64,000 nt of DNA from an uncultured Anaerolineaceae bacterium (GTDB taxonomy: Bacteria; Chloroflexota; Anaerolineae; Anaerolineales; E44-bin32). The first letter of the stretch is position 1. The number at the start of each line of letters is the position of its first letter. This document shows, in pieces, positions 32,733-42,614 of the stretch. The notes below the pieces were generated by a model. It was given only the letters and a program-made list of their open reading frames with translations, ran no database searches and was not told where the DNA came from. A program made the translations under genes and the position numbers. The stretch lies in contig CAYMCO010000001.1 in the NCBI GenBank assembly GCA_964388955.1, positions 66,951-130,950 on the forward strand. Direction: 5' to 3'.

Positions 32733-33230
32733 ATGGCCGTCCGACGCGTGTTTGCCGCATCAGGCTGCATATGGATCGGCGCGGGCGCAATTATCGGCGC
32801 TCTGGGCCTGGTCTTGCTTTTGGCGGCAGCACGTATGGCGGGCCTGGAGACCCCGGCGACCCAACCCGTTGCCAGCGTGCAGGTGCTTTCGTATTCGACC
32901 TCCACTCCCGTCCAACCGATGGGTCCGACCTCGACCGCCACTTCTTCCGCGGGGGAAGCTCCCTCCGGCAGCGATTCGACGGCGATTCCCTTTGATGTCG
33001 GAGATTATGTGGAAGTGCATGGCACGGGCGGCGATGGACTTCGGCTGCGCAGCGGGCCGAGCCTGGATGCCAGCATCAACGCCATGGGAATGGAGAATGA
33101 GGTGTTCGAGGTGCGAGATGGCCCTTCCCAGGCGGATGCCTATACATGGTGGTACCTCGTGAATCCCTACGATGAATCCAAGCAGGGATGGGGAGTAGCC
33201 GCCTATCTAAGGCGGCTCCAAGGCCAGTGA
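32733..33230 (+). CDS. Membrane-anchored SH3b-like domain protein
   Basis: N-terminal TM segment, S/T/P-rich linker and a C-terminal bacterial SH3-like block (GDYVEVHGTGGDGLRLRSGPSL...WWYLV...GWGVAAYL). Confidence 0.55.
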   Translation: MAVRRVFAASGCIWIGAGAIIGALGLVLLLAAARMAGLETPATQPVASVQVLSYSTSTPVQPMGPTSTATSSAGEAPSGSDSTAIPFDVGDYVEVHGTGGDGLRLRSGPSLDASINAMGMENEVFEVRDGPSQADAYTWWYLVNPYDESKQGWGVAAYLRRLQGQ

Positions 33231-33276
33231 TTTGCCCTCTTTTTCAAGGCGCGCTACACTATCCGCAGGTGCATGA

Positions 33277-33606
33277 ATGGGGACGAAGCCGAAGGACATC
33301 TCCGCCTCTCGGACGCGCGGCGTCTTGACCGTTGAATGGGAGGATGGTCTGCGGTGTGAGTATCCACTTCGCGGCCTGAGGGCAGCTTGTCCCTGTGCAG
33401 AATGCCGGGGCGGTCACCAGAATATGGGGATGCCGGGAGCGCCGGAGATGCTCGAACAGCCGCTGAAGCCGGGAGCGTCGACCGAACTCGTTTCGATGGA
33501 ACTGGTGGGTAACTACGCTCTGCAGTTGAGCTGGGGGGACGGACACAGCTACGGTATCTATAGTTGGGAGTTCTTGCGGCAGTTGTGTCCGAAGGTGTCT
33601 GAATGA
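33277..33606 (+). CDS. DUF971 (gamma-butyrobetaine hydroxylase-like N-terminal domain) protein
   Basis: 109 aa. LTVEWEDG...LRAACPCAECRG...GNYALQLSWGDGHSYGIYSWEFLRQLC fits DUF971. Confidence 0.7.
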   Translation: MGTKPKDISASRTRGVLTVEWEDGLRCEYPLRGLRAACPCAECRGGHQNMGMPGAPEMLEQPLKPGASTELVSMELVGNYALQLSWGDGHSYGIYSWEFLRQLCPKVSE

Positions 33607-33622
33607 GACGAAGGGGGCACCG

Positions 33623-34183
33623 GTGACAGACCCAATCGATGATCTCCTCTATTTGGCGGAACGCTCCTTCATCCGGATGGAAGCCAAGGACCTCATCGCC
33701 CAGTGCCTCGATCAGCGTGACATTTCCCTCTTCAATGATATGCTCGAGCGCTTGGTGCTCGCCGGCGCCTCATCGCTGGGAGTTTTGCGTGAGATCCTGG
33801 AGGAAGTGCGGGCGACAAAGTCGGCTTTGGGATCGCAGAACATTGGTGCCCGGCAGGAGTTGATGGAGGCGCTCACACATTTCGGGGTGCAGGTGCCAAA
33901 CGCGTTGCCCAAGGATGTCTCTGAGACGGTGCTGCTGATCACTTCAGAGGAATCCCACAACGTGGAATTCAAAACACACCCGCAGCTCCCCTTCGAAGAT
34001 GAACAGTTGCTCCGGGAGATCTGTGTGCACGCCAGTGAGCAGGTTGCGCGCATTGGCCACCAGATGGGATTGCTGAATCAGATTGAGGATGCGGTCCAGG
34101 ATTGGTTCAGTGGGCTGGCGTATCAGGCAGCGCACGAAAGGGATATCCAGACCGAGGAGAGCCCGGGGTCCATCCTTCAGTAG
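33623..34183 (+). CDS. Hypothetical protein
   Basis: 186-aa ORF 16 nt after the DUF971 gene. Plausible composition; no family recognised. Confidence 0.5.
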   Translation: MTDPIDDLLYLAERSFIRMEAKDLIAQCLDQRDISLFNDMLERLVLAGASSLGVLREILEEVRATKSALGSQNIGARQELMEALTHFGVQVPNALPKDVSETVLLITSEESHNVEFKTHPQLPFEDEQLLREICVHASEQVARIGHQMGLLNQIEDAVQDWFSGLAYQAAHERDIQTEESPGSILQ

Positions 34184-34288
34184 GCCGGGGGCGAGGCTCG
34201 TTTGCCGTCGCTACGAGCGAATGATCTGACCGTCCACGGCGCACGTCATAGGCCCATCATGTATGCTGCAGTTCAGCAAGGGTCCCGT

Positions 34289-34942
34289 TCAGAGGTAGTC
34301 CTTCAGCTTGTGCTCTACGGCATATGCGGCGGCCTCCGCCCGGTTCTTGACGCTTAGCTTGGAGAGGATACTGCTTACGTAGTTGCGGACCGTGCCTTCT
34401 CCCAGGTAGAGTTCCTCGGCGATTTCGCGGTTGGTGCGCCCCTCAGAGACCAGTTGAAGCACGTGCATCTCCTGCTGGGTGAGTTCGGCGAAGGCCGAGG
34501 CCTCCTCCTCACGCGCCGCTTTGCGAACTTCCTGGAACACCCGCTGCGTGACCGCCGGATCGAGCATCGCCTCCCCCCTGCTCACTTGTTCGATGGCCCG
34601 CACCAGATCGTCGCCCCCGATTTGCTTCAGGACATAGCCTGCTGCCCCGGCGCGGATGGCCGAGAAAAGCATTTCGTCCTCGGCATAGGATGTGAGCATG
34701 ATGACCTTGATGTCCGGGAATTGCTCTGTGATCTCCTGGCAGGCTTCGATTCCGGAACCGCCCTTGAGGCGGATATCCATCACCACCACGTCCGGCTGAT
34801 GCAGCTTGGTCTTCTCAACCGCCTCTTTGGCGGTCGCCGCTTCCGCCACGACATCCATGTTGGAGTGGGACTCCAACAGCGTCCTCAACCCCAGTCGCAC
34901 CACCTCGTGATCATCTACCAATAGGATGCGATGCCGTCCCAT
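34289..34942 (-). CDS. NarL/LuxR-family response regulator
   Basis: Receiver domain ([14 protein letters not shown]...VVVMDIRL) plus a LuxR HTH ([43 protein letters not shown]). Start at ATG 34942 after AAGGAG. Confidence 0.92.
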   Translation of the reverse strand: MGRHRILLVDDHEVVRLGLRTLLESHSNMDVVAEAATAKEAVEKTKLHQPDVVVMDIRLKGGSGIEACQEITEQFPDIKVIMLTSYAEDEMLFSAIRAGAAGYVLKQIGGDDLVRAIEQVSRGEAMLDPAVTQRVFQEVRKAAREEEASAFAELTQQEMHVLQLVSEGRTNREIAEELYLGEGTVRNYVSSILSKLSVKNRAEAAAYAVEHKLKDYL

Positions 34943-35298
34943 GGCTTCTCCTTCTCTAGCGGTCGGCCTGCAAGAGGAATTGTAACCGAACCCGCATCGG
35001 CCAACAACGGAGGCAGAGAGAGGATGCTCCGTTCCGGCGGCAGGTGGGTCTGCGCCATGAGATCCCATTGGCCTTCCCCCGCCCGTCCCTCACCGAGTAT
35101 CCGGGCTGCACAGGTCCGAGATCGCGGCCCCCCCCACCATGGCGCGGGGAGGAAATCTCCGACCCTTTCGTGCGGGAAAGGAGAATCGGTAGGAGCGATC
35201 CGCTCTGCCGATGCGGGGGCGGTTAGACTCAAGAACCGTGCCGGGAGACCGCCGGGCAACTGCGTATAGCCACGATCATAGGAGGCCTGGCTTGCGAA

Positions 35299-36027
<729 letters not shown>

Positions 36028-36036
36028 GTCCCTACG

Positions 36037-36279
36037 CTAGTCTCGAACGCGGCCGATGAGCCGCTCCTCTTCGAGCGATGGGATCATCTCGATGAAGTTG
36101 ATCCGGTGCATGGGCCACATCACGGTGTTGACATTGCCCTGCAGGTAGGGGACATCTTTCCCATCCCTGCGCCGAGGGCTGTGTACGATGATGGCCTGAT
36201 CCTGCGGAGATGGCAGCTCCTCCATCTCCCCCACTACCGGATCCTCCCCCGAGATATGGACCAAAACTGTAATGGGCAT
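36037..36279 (-). CDS. Small hypothetical protein (80 aa), operon member
   Basis: ATG at 36279 with a GAGGTG RBS 5-6 nt upstream, 8 nt after the FHA gene stop codon. MPITVLVHISGEDPVVGEMEELPSPQDQAIIVHSPRRRDGKDV... No family recognised. Confidence 0.6.
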   Translation of the reverse strand: MPITVLVHISGEDPVVGEMEELPSPQDQAIIVHSPRRRDGKDVPYLQGNVNTVMWPMHRINFIEMIPSLEEERLIGRVRD

Positions 36280-36287
36280 GCGACACC

Positions 36288-36785
36288 TCAATCTCGCTGA
36301 CGTGTGATCAACTGCAGCCTAAGGCTCCCGATCTCGATCAGATCTCCGCTGGAGATTGGCACGGGACGTTGCGGCCGCAGGCGTTTCCCATTCACCATAG
36401 TGCCGTTGACGCTTTCAAGATCCTTGATCAGCACTTTGTCCTGGCCTACGATCAGCTCCGCATGCATGCGCGAGACGCCGTGCAAGGATGCGTCCAGGCG
36501 ATCCAGATCGATATCGGGGATCACCGCTTGTCCGGGCATTGACCTGCCGAGCGTGAACTGTTTTCGTCCAATGAGCGAAATCACCTCACCCGATGCAAGA
36601 ATCTTCAGCCCCGCTCGGGCGCCAGACGCCAATCGCGATTCTGCCCACTCCGGTGCCGCGGCGGCCTCGCCTGGCGTTGCGGCCCCAGCGGGAGAGGGGA
36701 TTTGCTGCGTCAGCCGGACACCGCACTCGCTGCAGTACAGAGTGCCGACGAACTCATGCTGGCCGCAGGATGGGCATCTGATCAT
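36288..36785 (-). CDS. Zinc-ribbon + FHA domain protein
   Basis: N-terminal CPSCG...CSECG ribbon. FHA signature FTLGRS...GVSRMHAEL...VNGTMVNGKRL. ATGA overlap with the upstream gene. Confidence 0.9.
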   Translation of the reverse strand: MIRCPSCGQHEFVGTLYCSECGVRLTQQIPSPAGAATPGEAAAAPEWAESRLASGARAGLKILASGEVISLIGRKQFTLGRSMPGQAVIPDIDLDRLDASLHGVSRMHAELIVGQDKVLIKDLESVNGTMVNGKRLRPQRPVPISSGDLIEIGSLRLQLITRQRD

Positions 36786-38182
36786 TCTTCTTCTGTCCGT
36801 GCCATCAGCAACAGCGTTCGAGTGCCATACTTCAGCATCTTCGACCCCTGTTCGGAAATGCGCGTGGAGCGGATCAGCCGTTTTGCCTCCTCCAATGCCG
36901 AATGGGCGAGGGCTTTTTGATCGATGGCCTGCAGGTTTGTGGCAAGTGTCTCCAAACGCCTCACGGCGGCCATGATCCTCCCCTCGACCGCGTCCTGGCG
37001 CGCCTTCTCTTGCATGCGGTAGAGGGTGAGCGCCCCCAGCGCGTCGAAGATCTCGGTGGGAGTCACCTCTCCATCCACCGGCCCCGATATCGGAAGGGAG
37101 ACCTCCAGGTCGAGGCTGCCTTGCTTATCCTTCGCGATGGCGTCTCCGGTCAGGTTAAGCTTCCCCAGGGAGAGCATCTCCTTTTGCTCGACATCTGCGA
37201 TTTGCAGTTCCAGCAACACGCTCATGCGCTTCTCACCCGGCAGCGGCCCGAGCTTCAAGGGCAGACGCTCCCCGAGCGGCATGGGTTCGGGGATCAGACG
37301 ATAGGCGGAGCGCAGCTGTACCTCGGGCTCCCAAACCCCATGGAGCTGCATGTTGTTGACAGCGATGTGCTCCAGGGAGTCAAAAACCGCGCCCAGCAGT
37401 TTCTTGGCGGCCTCGGGTCTGTCCAAGAATACGGCCTGGCCCCCCGTCCGGCGCGCCAGATCGTCCAGAAAGTCGTCGCTCCAGTCGTGTCCGATGCCAA
37501 TGGCGCTGATGGCCACCCCCTTCGAAGCCGCCTCATCCGCGATTTTGCGGCATTCCGCCTCGTCGCCGTAGGTCTTACCATCCGTGAGAAGCAGAAGGTG
37601 GTTCACCCCATCTGTTGAGAAGGCGCTGTACAGCTCGTCCAGGCCGATCCGCAAGCCCTGGGCGACCTCGGTTCCGCCGCTGGCCTTCATCAGGCTCAGC
37701 CGGGAGCGGACGAAGCTGACGCGCTGGGACTCGTCCGGTTTCAAGACAATCTCCGCCCGATCGCTGAAACTGATTATGCTCACTCGGTCCCGGGCACCAA
37801 GACCCTCAATAATCGAGATTGCAGCGTGTTTCACCTGCTCCAGCCGAGGGCCCTTCATGGACGTGGATCGATCGATAATCATGCACAGGTTGATACTCGG
37901 CCTTACGCTGGCCGCGGAACCGGTGGCGTATAGGTCAAGCAGCAGATAGTGGGCCTGGGGATCTGACACAGGGAGAAGCGTGCGCTTGCTGTTCAACAGA
38001 CGATATCCGAACCCCCTCTCCAGCGCCAACTCCGGATCCGATGACATGGCAGCCGGCGTCGCCCCCTGAGAAGCCTCGTCCGGTGGCCGTGGCATTTGCA
38101 CGGAGGCCAAGCTCTTGCCGCAATTGGTGCAGAATATGCTGCCGACGGGTTCGGTGTTGTTGCAGGAAAGGCACTTGATCAT
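36782..38182 (-). CDS. Zinc-ribbon + von Willebrand factor A (vWA) protein
   Basis: N-terminal CLSCN...CTNCG ribbon. vWA domain with an intact MIDAS (IIDRSTSM ... LLLTDGKTYGDE). The C-terminal helical domain is shared with the next gene. ATGA overlaps at both ends. Confidence 0.88.
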   Translation of the reverse strand: MIKCLSCNNTEPVGSIFCTNCGKSLASVQMPRPPDEASQGATPAAMSSDPELALERGFGYRLLNSKRTLLPVSDPQAHYLLLDLYATGSAASVRPSINLCMIIDRSTSMKGPRLEQVKHAAISIIEGLGARDRVSIISFSDRAEIVLKPDESQRVSFVRSRLSLMKASGGTEVAQGLRIGLDELYSAFSTDGVNHLLLLTDGKTYGDEAECRKIADEAASKGVAISAIGIGHDWSDDFLDDLARRTGGQAVFLDRPEAAKKLLGAVFDSLEHIAVNNMQLHGVWEPEVQLRSAYRLIPEPMPLGERLPLKLGPLPGEKRMSVLLELQIADVEQKEMLSLGKLNLTGDAIAKDKQGSLDLEVSLPISGPVDGEVTPTEIFDALGALTLYRMQEKARQDAVEGRIMAAVRRLETLATNLQAIDQKALAHSALEEAKRLIRSTRISEQGSKMLKYGTRTLLLMARTEEE

Positions 38183-39657
38183 GGGTTGCCCACCGGGGCC
38201 GGCAGCAGCAGCGCGCGCGTTCCATATTTCAAGATCTTTTCCCCTTTCTCTGAGAAGCTGAGCGACTGAGTCAGCCGCTCTGCCTCCCGCAGAGCGGTGT
38301 GCGCAAGCGCTTTCTCATCACTTGCGAGCAAATGAGTGGCCAGTTGTTCCAGGCGCCGGGCGGCGCGCTCCGGCTCGCCGATCTCCGCCTCGTAGCGCGC
38401 CTTTTCCTGGATCCGGTAGAGCGTGATCGCCCCCAAGGCGCTGATGATCTCCTGGGGACTGTCCTTGGGATCTGTCTCACGAGACACCTCGATCCCCAGG
38501 TCCAAAGGCAGCCGGCGGGTGTCAGGAAAGGGGGAAAGCACATCCCCAAGGACGAACAGATCCCCCAGAGAAAAGGGTCCGCTTTCTATGATCGGCTGAA
38601 TGACAATCTCGAGTATCAGCTCGATCTTCCCTTCTGCAGGCAAGTTTCCCAGCTTGAGCGGCAGGGAATCGGGAAGGGGCATGGGGTCGGGAGTCAACCG
38701 GAAAGCCGAGCGCAAATCGGCGTCCAAGGCGAAGCTGCCGCCGAGCGTCACCCGGCTCGCCGCCACATGCTCCAGGGATCCTACAATTCGATTGAACAAG
38801 TCCATGATCGTGCCAGGGGTGTCCAAGAAAACCACGTAGCCCCCGGTTTTGCTCGCCAGCTGATCGAGGAATCGGTCGCTCCAATCGGTACCGATGCCCA
38901 CGGCGTTGATCGTGATACCTTGGTCGGCGGCCTCATTTGCCATGGCCAAACACTCCGTCTCATCTCCGTAGGTATGGCCGTCCGTGAGCAGGATCACATG
39001 GTCGACGCCGCCTCTTGAGAAATGAGCCCGAAGACCGTCCAGCCCAGCCCGCAGTCCCTGGGCGATCTCTGTGCCGCCGTCGGCACGCAGCAAGCTGAGG
39101 CGTGCCCTGGCGATGTTGTCCCGGCGAGCCTCCTCCGGGGACAGCACCAACTCGGCTCGGTCGCTGAAGCTGAGAATGGTGGCACTATCGCGAGGGTCCA
39201 ACTGCTTTAGGATGGAGTTCGTCGCCGTCCGAACTTGATCCAAACGCTCGCCGCGCATGGACGTGGAGCGGTCTATGATGATCCCTAGATTGATTCTTGG
39301 CCGGATCGTCGGCGCCTCCTCGCCGGGATAGATGCTGAGGTGCAGATAGTGGATCTGTGGCTCCGTCAATTGATACAGACTGCGTTTGCTGTGCAGCACC
39401 CGGGCTTCGAACGGGCATGCGGCGGCACGCTCCTCGTCCTCGGTGACCAACTGCTGGTCATATTCGCTGCGGAGTTCAGGGTCGCTGAGGATCTCATATC
39501 CCTTGGTCACTTCCAAGAAGAACTCGGTATCACCGGGTCGTTGGTTGACGTCCGGATGCAGGCGCATGGCCGCCTTGCGATATGCCCTGCGCACATCTGC
39601 CAACGAGGCATCACGAGGGATCCCCAGCAGCGCGTAATAGTCAGGAAGGGAGGTCAT
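38179..39657 (-). CDS. J-domain (DnaJ-like) + vWA protein
   Basis: J domain DYYALLGIPRDASLADVRRAYRKAAMRLHPDVN with an HPD tripeptide. vWA domain with an intact MIDAS (IIDRSTSM ... ILLTDGHTYGDE). Paralogous C-terminal helical domain. Confidence 0.9.
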   Translation of the reverse strand: MTSLPDYYALLGIPRDASLADVRRAYRKAAMRLHPDVNQRPGDTEFFLEVTKGYEILSDPELRSEYDQQLVTEDEERAAACPFEARVLHSKRSLYQLTEPQIHYLHLSIYPGEEAPTIRPRINLGIIIDRSTSMRGERLDQVRTATNSILKQLDPRDSATILSFSDRAELVLSPEEARRDNIARARLSLLRADGGTEIAQGLRAGLDGLRAHFSRGGVDHVILLTDGHTYGDETECLAMANEAADQGITINAVGIGTDWSDRFLDQLASKTGGYVVFLDTPGTIMDLFNRIVGSLEHVAASRVTLGGSFALDADLRSAFRLTPDPMPLPDSLPLKLGNLPAEGKIELILEIVIQPIIESGPFSLGDLFVLGDVLSPFPDTRRLPLDLGIEVSRETDPKDSPQEIISALGAITLYRIQEKARYEAEIGEPERAARRLEQLATHLLASDEKALAHTALREAERLTQSLSFSEKGEKILKYGTRALLLPAPVGNP

Positions 39658-39662
39658 CTCCT

Positions 39663-40565
39663 TCAGAGCGGCGGAAAGTGAATAAGGACGGCGGTGATGT
39701 TGTCTGGGCCGCCCGCATCGTTAGCGGCCGCCACCAGTCGTTCGCATGCCTGCTGCGGATTGTCTGCTCCCACGACAATCTCCAGCATCTTCTCGTCGGA
39801 CACTACCCCCCAAAGGCCGTCCGAGCACATCAACAGGTAGCCCGCACGTGGGATGGGATGGACAAACGCGTCCACCTCCAGATTCGCGCCTTGGCCGATG
39901 GCCCGGTAGAGGATATTGCGCTGCGGATGCACCGCAGCCTCCTCTGCGCTCACCAATCCCAGCTCCATCAAGCGGTTAACCTGGGAATGGTCCCGCGTAA
40001 TCGGCTCGAGATGGTCAGTTTCCAAGACATAGGCGCGGCTGTCGCCGACATGACCAATGGTCATCTGCCTTCCGAGCAGCATCGCCACCGTCAGGGTGGT
40101 CCCCCCGCCCGGAACGCGGTCCACCACAGCCTGGTTGGCCATCTGCAGCGCCTCCTTGACCGCATCCAAGAACGGGCCGGGTTCATGCTCATGCTCCAGA
40201 TCCATGACCCGCAGCAAAACCCGGTCCGTCAAGTGGCGCGCCACGCTGCGCACCGAAATGGCGCTGGCCACCTCGCCCGATCGATGCCCGCCCATGCCGT
40301 CGGCGACGATGAATAGTCCGAAATCAGGCAGTGCATCCTCGCCATCGGAGTTTCCTACCAGGGTGAAAAGTGCATCTTCATTGTGTGAGCGCTCCATCCC
40401 CGTCGACTGGGCGGAACCTACTTCGAGGTGCCGAAGCAGATGATCGGGGAGAACACGAGATTCCCGTGCCTCGAAAGGCAATGTCCCTGCTCGGGATTCC
40501 GGGCTCGGTTCATGGTCGGCGGAGCTACCGAAGATACGAGTGAATAAGTCTTTTATCCAGGCCAT
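39663..40565 (-). CDS. PP2C-family Ser/Thr phosphatase
   Basis: Motifs NEDALF, FIVADGMGGHRSGEVAS, CSDGLWG and GGPDNITAVLI. Confidence 0.93.
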   Translation of the reverse strand: MAWIKDLFTRIFGSSADHEPSPESRAGTLPFEARESRVLPDHLLRHLEVGSAQSTGMERSHNEDALFTLVGNSDGEDALPDFGLFIVADGMGGHRSGEVASAISVRSVARHLTDRVLLRVMDLEHEHEPGPFLDAVKEALQMANQAVVDRVPGGGTTLTVAMLLGRQMTIGHVGDSRAYVLETDHLEPITRDHSQVNRLMELGLVSAEEAAVHPQRNILYRAIGQGANLEVDAFVHPIPRAGYLLMCSDGLWGVVSDEKMLEIVVGADNPQQACERLVAAANDAGGPDNITAVLIHFPPL

Positions 40566-40600
40566 TGCCCATTCTTCTTATGTGCGTGGCGGAATCCCTC

Positions 40601-42490
40601 TCAGGTCAGCAGGGCGTAGACACGGTGATTGTTCGAGCCGAAATACAGCACGTTCTTGTGGACGACGGGAGTGCCCGTTATAGGGGCGTCCGTTTCAAAC
40701 TCCCAGCGCTTGCGGCCGGAGCGGAAGTCCAGGCAATACATGGAGCCGTCCACCGAGCCGCAGTAGAGAGAGTCCTCGTGAATGATCGGGGAGCCGTTGA
40801 CCTGGTGCTCTGTCTTGAAGCGCCACACCTCGCGGCTGGACCGGGCATCGATAGCGTAAATATGATGATCGGCACAGCCGATGAAGATCTTGCCCTCGGC
40901 GTAAGCTGGGGTCGACATGGTGGCCTTCCCGAGGCGAAAGCGCCAGATTTCCCAGCCGGCCTCCGCGGCGATGGCATAGATCGTCCAGTCCGTGGCGCCG
41001 ACATAGAGCAGCCCCTCGACCATGAGGGGGGAGGAGATGATGCCACGCTTCGCACGGAAACGCCATTTCAGCTCCCCCCGGAAGTCCGTGCAGTAGAAAT
41101 CGCCACTTTCGCTGCCGAAGTAGACGCGTTCGTCGGCGATCAGCGGCGAAGACCAGATCGGCCCCGCTGCGCCCGTCTTCCACGCCAGACTCCCAGTCTC
41201 CAGATTGACGACGTGAAGGTGGGCGTCGTCACAGCCGAAGAACAGATGGTGCTCGAAGAGGGTGGGGGATGACCGAATGGGCCCGTCGGCATAATAGGTC
41301 CAGATCAGGCCACCGTCTTCCCTGTTCAGCGCGTACAGCCGATGATCCTCGGAGCCGATGAGCACCCAGTCGTGATAGATCACCGGCCGAGTCGCGATGC
41401 CGCCCTCCGTGCCATATTTCCACTGGAAAGTCCCGCTATCCGCATCGAGGGCGTAGACGTTGTTGTCATAACAACCGATGTAGAGTGTGTCATCGTAAAT
41501 GATGGGCGTGCTGCGGACTTCGTCCTCACATTCAAAAGACCACAGCTCCTTCACCTGATTCGCGATGATGCCGATTTCCGCGGTCATATCGCGGGTGGCT
41601 TTTTCGGGAAACTTCGTCTGCCGGGCGACCTGCAGCAGTTCCTCACGCATTTGCTCCGCCGACTGCCATCGGTCTTTCGGGTCATAACCCAAGCCACGGT
41701 TGATGATTCCTTCAAGGTCAGGGGAGACCCCGGGGTTGATCTCCCGGATCGGCCGCTGGTCGAAGGAAAAGGGCGGTTCGGACTGGGGATCGCGTCCGGT
41801 GAGCAGGTGGTGAAGCGTGGCGCACAAGGCGTAGATGTCCCCAGCCGGGGAGGCCTCGCCCCGGTACTGCTCAGGCGGGGAATATCCCTCCGTGCCGATC
41901 ATGGTGCCCTTCTCACCCGGCTGGAAGAGGCGCGCGATGCCGAAGTCGATGAGCCGGATGTGGCTGTGCTCGTCCACCATCAGGTTGGACGGCTTGACAT
42001 CCCGGAAGATGACGGGCTGGGGCTTCTGGTTGTGCAGGTAGCTCAGAACAGCGCACAGCTCGATCGCCCAACCGATAACGTCGGCTTGGGCAATGAAGCC
42101 GTCTTGCTCTTCGATGATCTCTTCCAAATCGCGTCCCAGGATGAACTCCATCACCAGATAGGCGCGGTTGTCTTCCATGAAGTAGTCGTAGATTCTCGGG
42201 ATGGCGGGGTGGGAGAGGGTCGCCAGTATGTCGGCTTCGCGCTCGAAGTTGCTCACAACCATCTTCTGGATGTTGGGATCGGTCGTGGAGCTGATGACCT
42301 CCTTCACCGCCACCAGCTTGGTCACATTGGAGAAATGCAGATCCCGGGCTTTATAGACGGTACTCATGCCACCGGACCCCAACATCCCCAGGATGAGATA
42401 CCGGTCCTGCAAGGTAATCCCGGTGCGGAGCTGGCCTGTTCCTAGCTCTTTCCTGGCAGGCTCTTCGAGCGCCCGAGTTATCCTTCGCAT
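40601..42490 (-). CDS. Ser/Thr protein kinase fused to an 8-bladed PQQ-like beta-propeller, no TM segment
   Basis: Kinase motifs GSGGMSTV, VAVKEV, FRDVKPSN, DFGIARL and GTEGYSPPE. Eight repeats follow of the type VYALDADSGTFQWKY / IYAIDARSSREVWRF. There is no hydrophobic segment between the kinase and the propeller. Confidence 0.9.
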   Translation of the reverse strand: MRRITRALEEPARKELGTGQLRTGITLQDRYLILGMLGSGGMSTVYKARDLHFSNVTKLVAVKEVISSTTDPNIQKMVVSNFEREADILATLSHPAIPRIYDYFMEDNRAYLVMEFILGRDLEEIIEEQDGFIAQADVIGWAIELCAVLSYLHNQKPQPVIFRDVKPSNLMVDEHSHIRLIDFGIARLFQPGEKGTMIGTEGYSPPEQYRGEASPAGDIYALCATLHHLLTGRDPQSEPPFSFDQRPIREINPGVSPDLEGIINRGLGYDPKDRWQSAEQMREELLQVARQTKFPEKATRDMTAEIGIIANQVKELWSFECEDEVRSTPIIYDDTLYIGCYDNNVYALDADSGTFQWKYGTEGGIATRPVIYHDWVLIGSEDHRLYALNREDGGLIWTYYADGPIRSSPTLFEHHLFFGCDDAHLHVVNLETGSLAWKTGAAGPIWSSPLIADERVYFGSESGDFYCTDFRGELKWRFRAKRGIISSPLMVEGLLYVGATDWTIYAIAAEAGWEIWRFRLGKATMSTPAYAEGKIFIGCADHHIYAIDARSSREVWRFKTEHQVNGSPIIHEDSLYCGSVDGSMYCLDFRSGRKRWEFETDAPITGTPVVHKNVLYFGSNNHRVYALLT

Positions 42491-42614
42491 AGTCTCCAGA
42501 CCCTTGAGATTAAGGGATTATAGCATGCGGCAATTGCGACGCAATGCGAGTATATTCAGGACCTACGTCCTGTGGATATGGCGAATCTTGGCTATTCTGC
42601 ACGGATCGACCGGC

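Noticed and set aside
31786-33162. 458-aa plus-strand ORF overlapping the Ser/Thr kinase and SH3b-like genes
   Set aside because: It is antisense to a kinase with complete Hanks motifs and in a different frame from the SH3b-like gene. Arg/Gly/Ala-rich noise.
41342-42445. 367-aa plus-strand ORF inside the kinase-propeller gene
   Set aside because: It is antisense to a well-supported gene and has no motifs.
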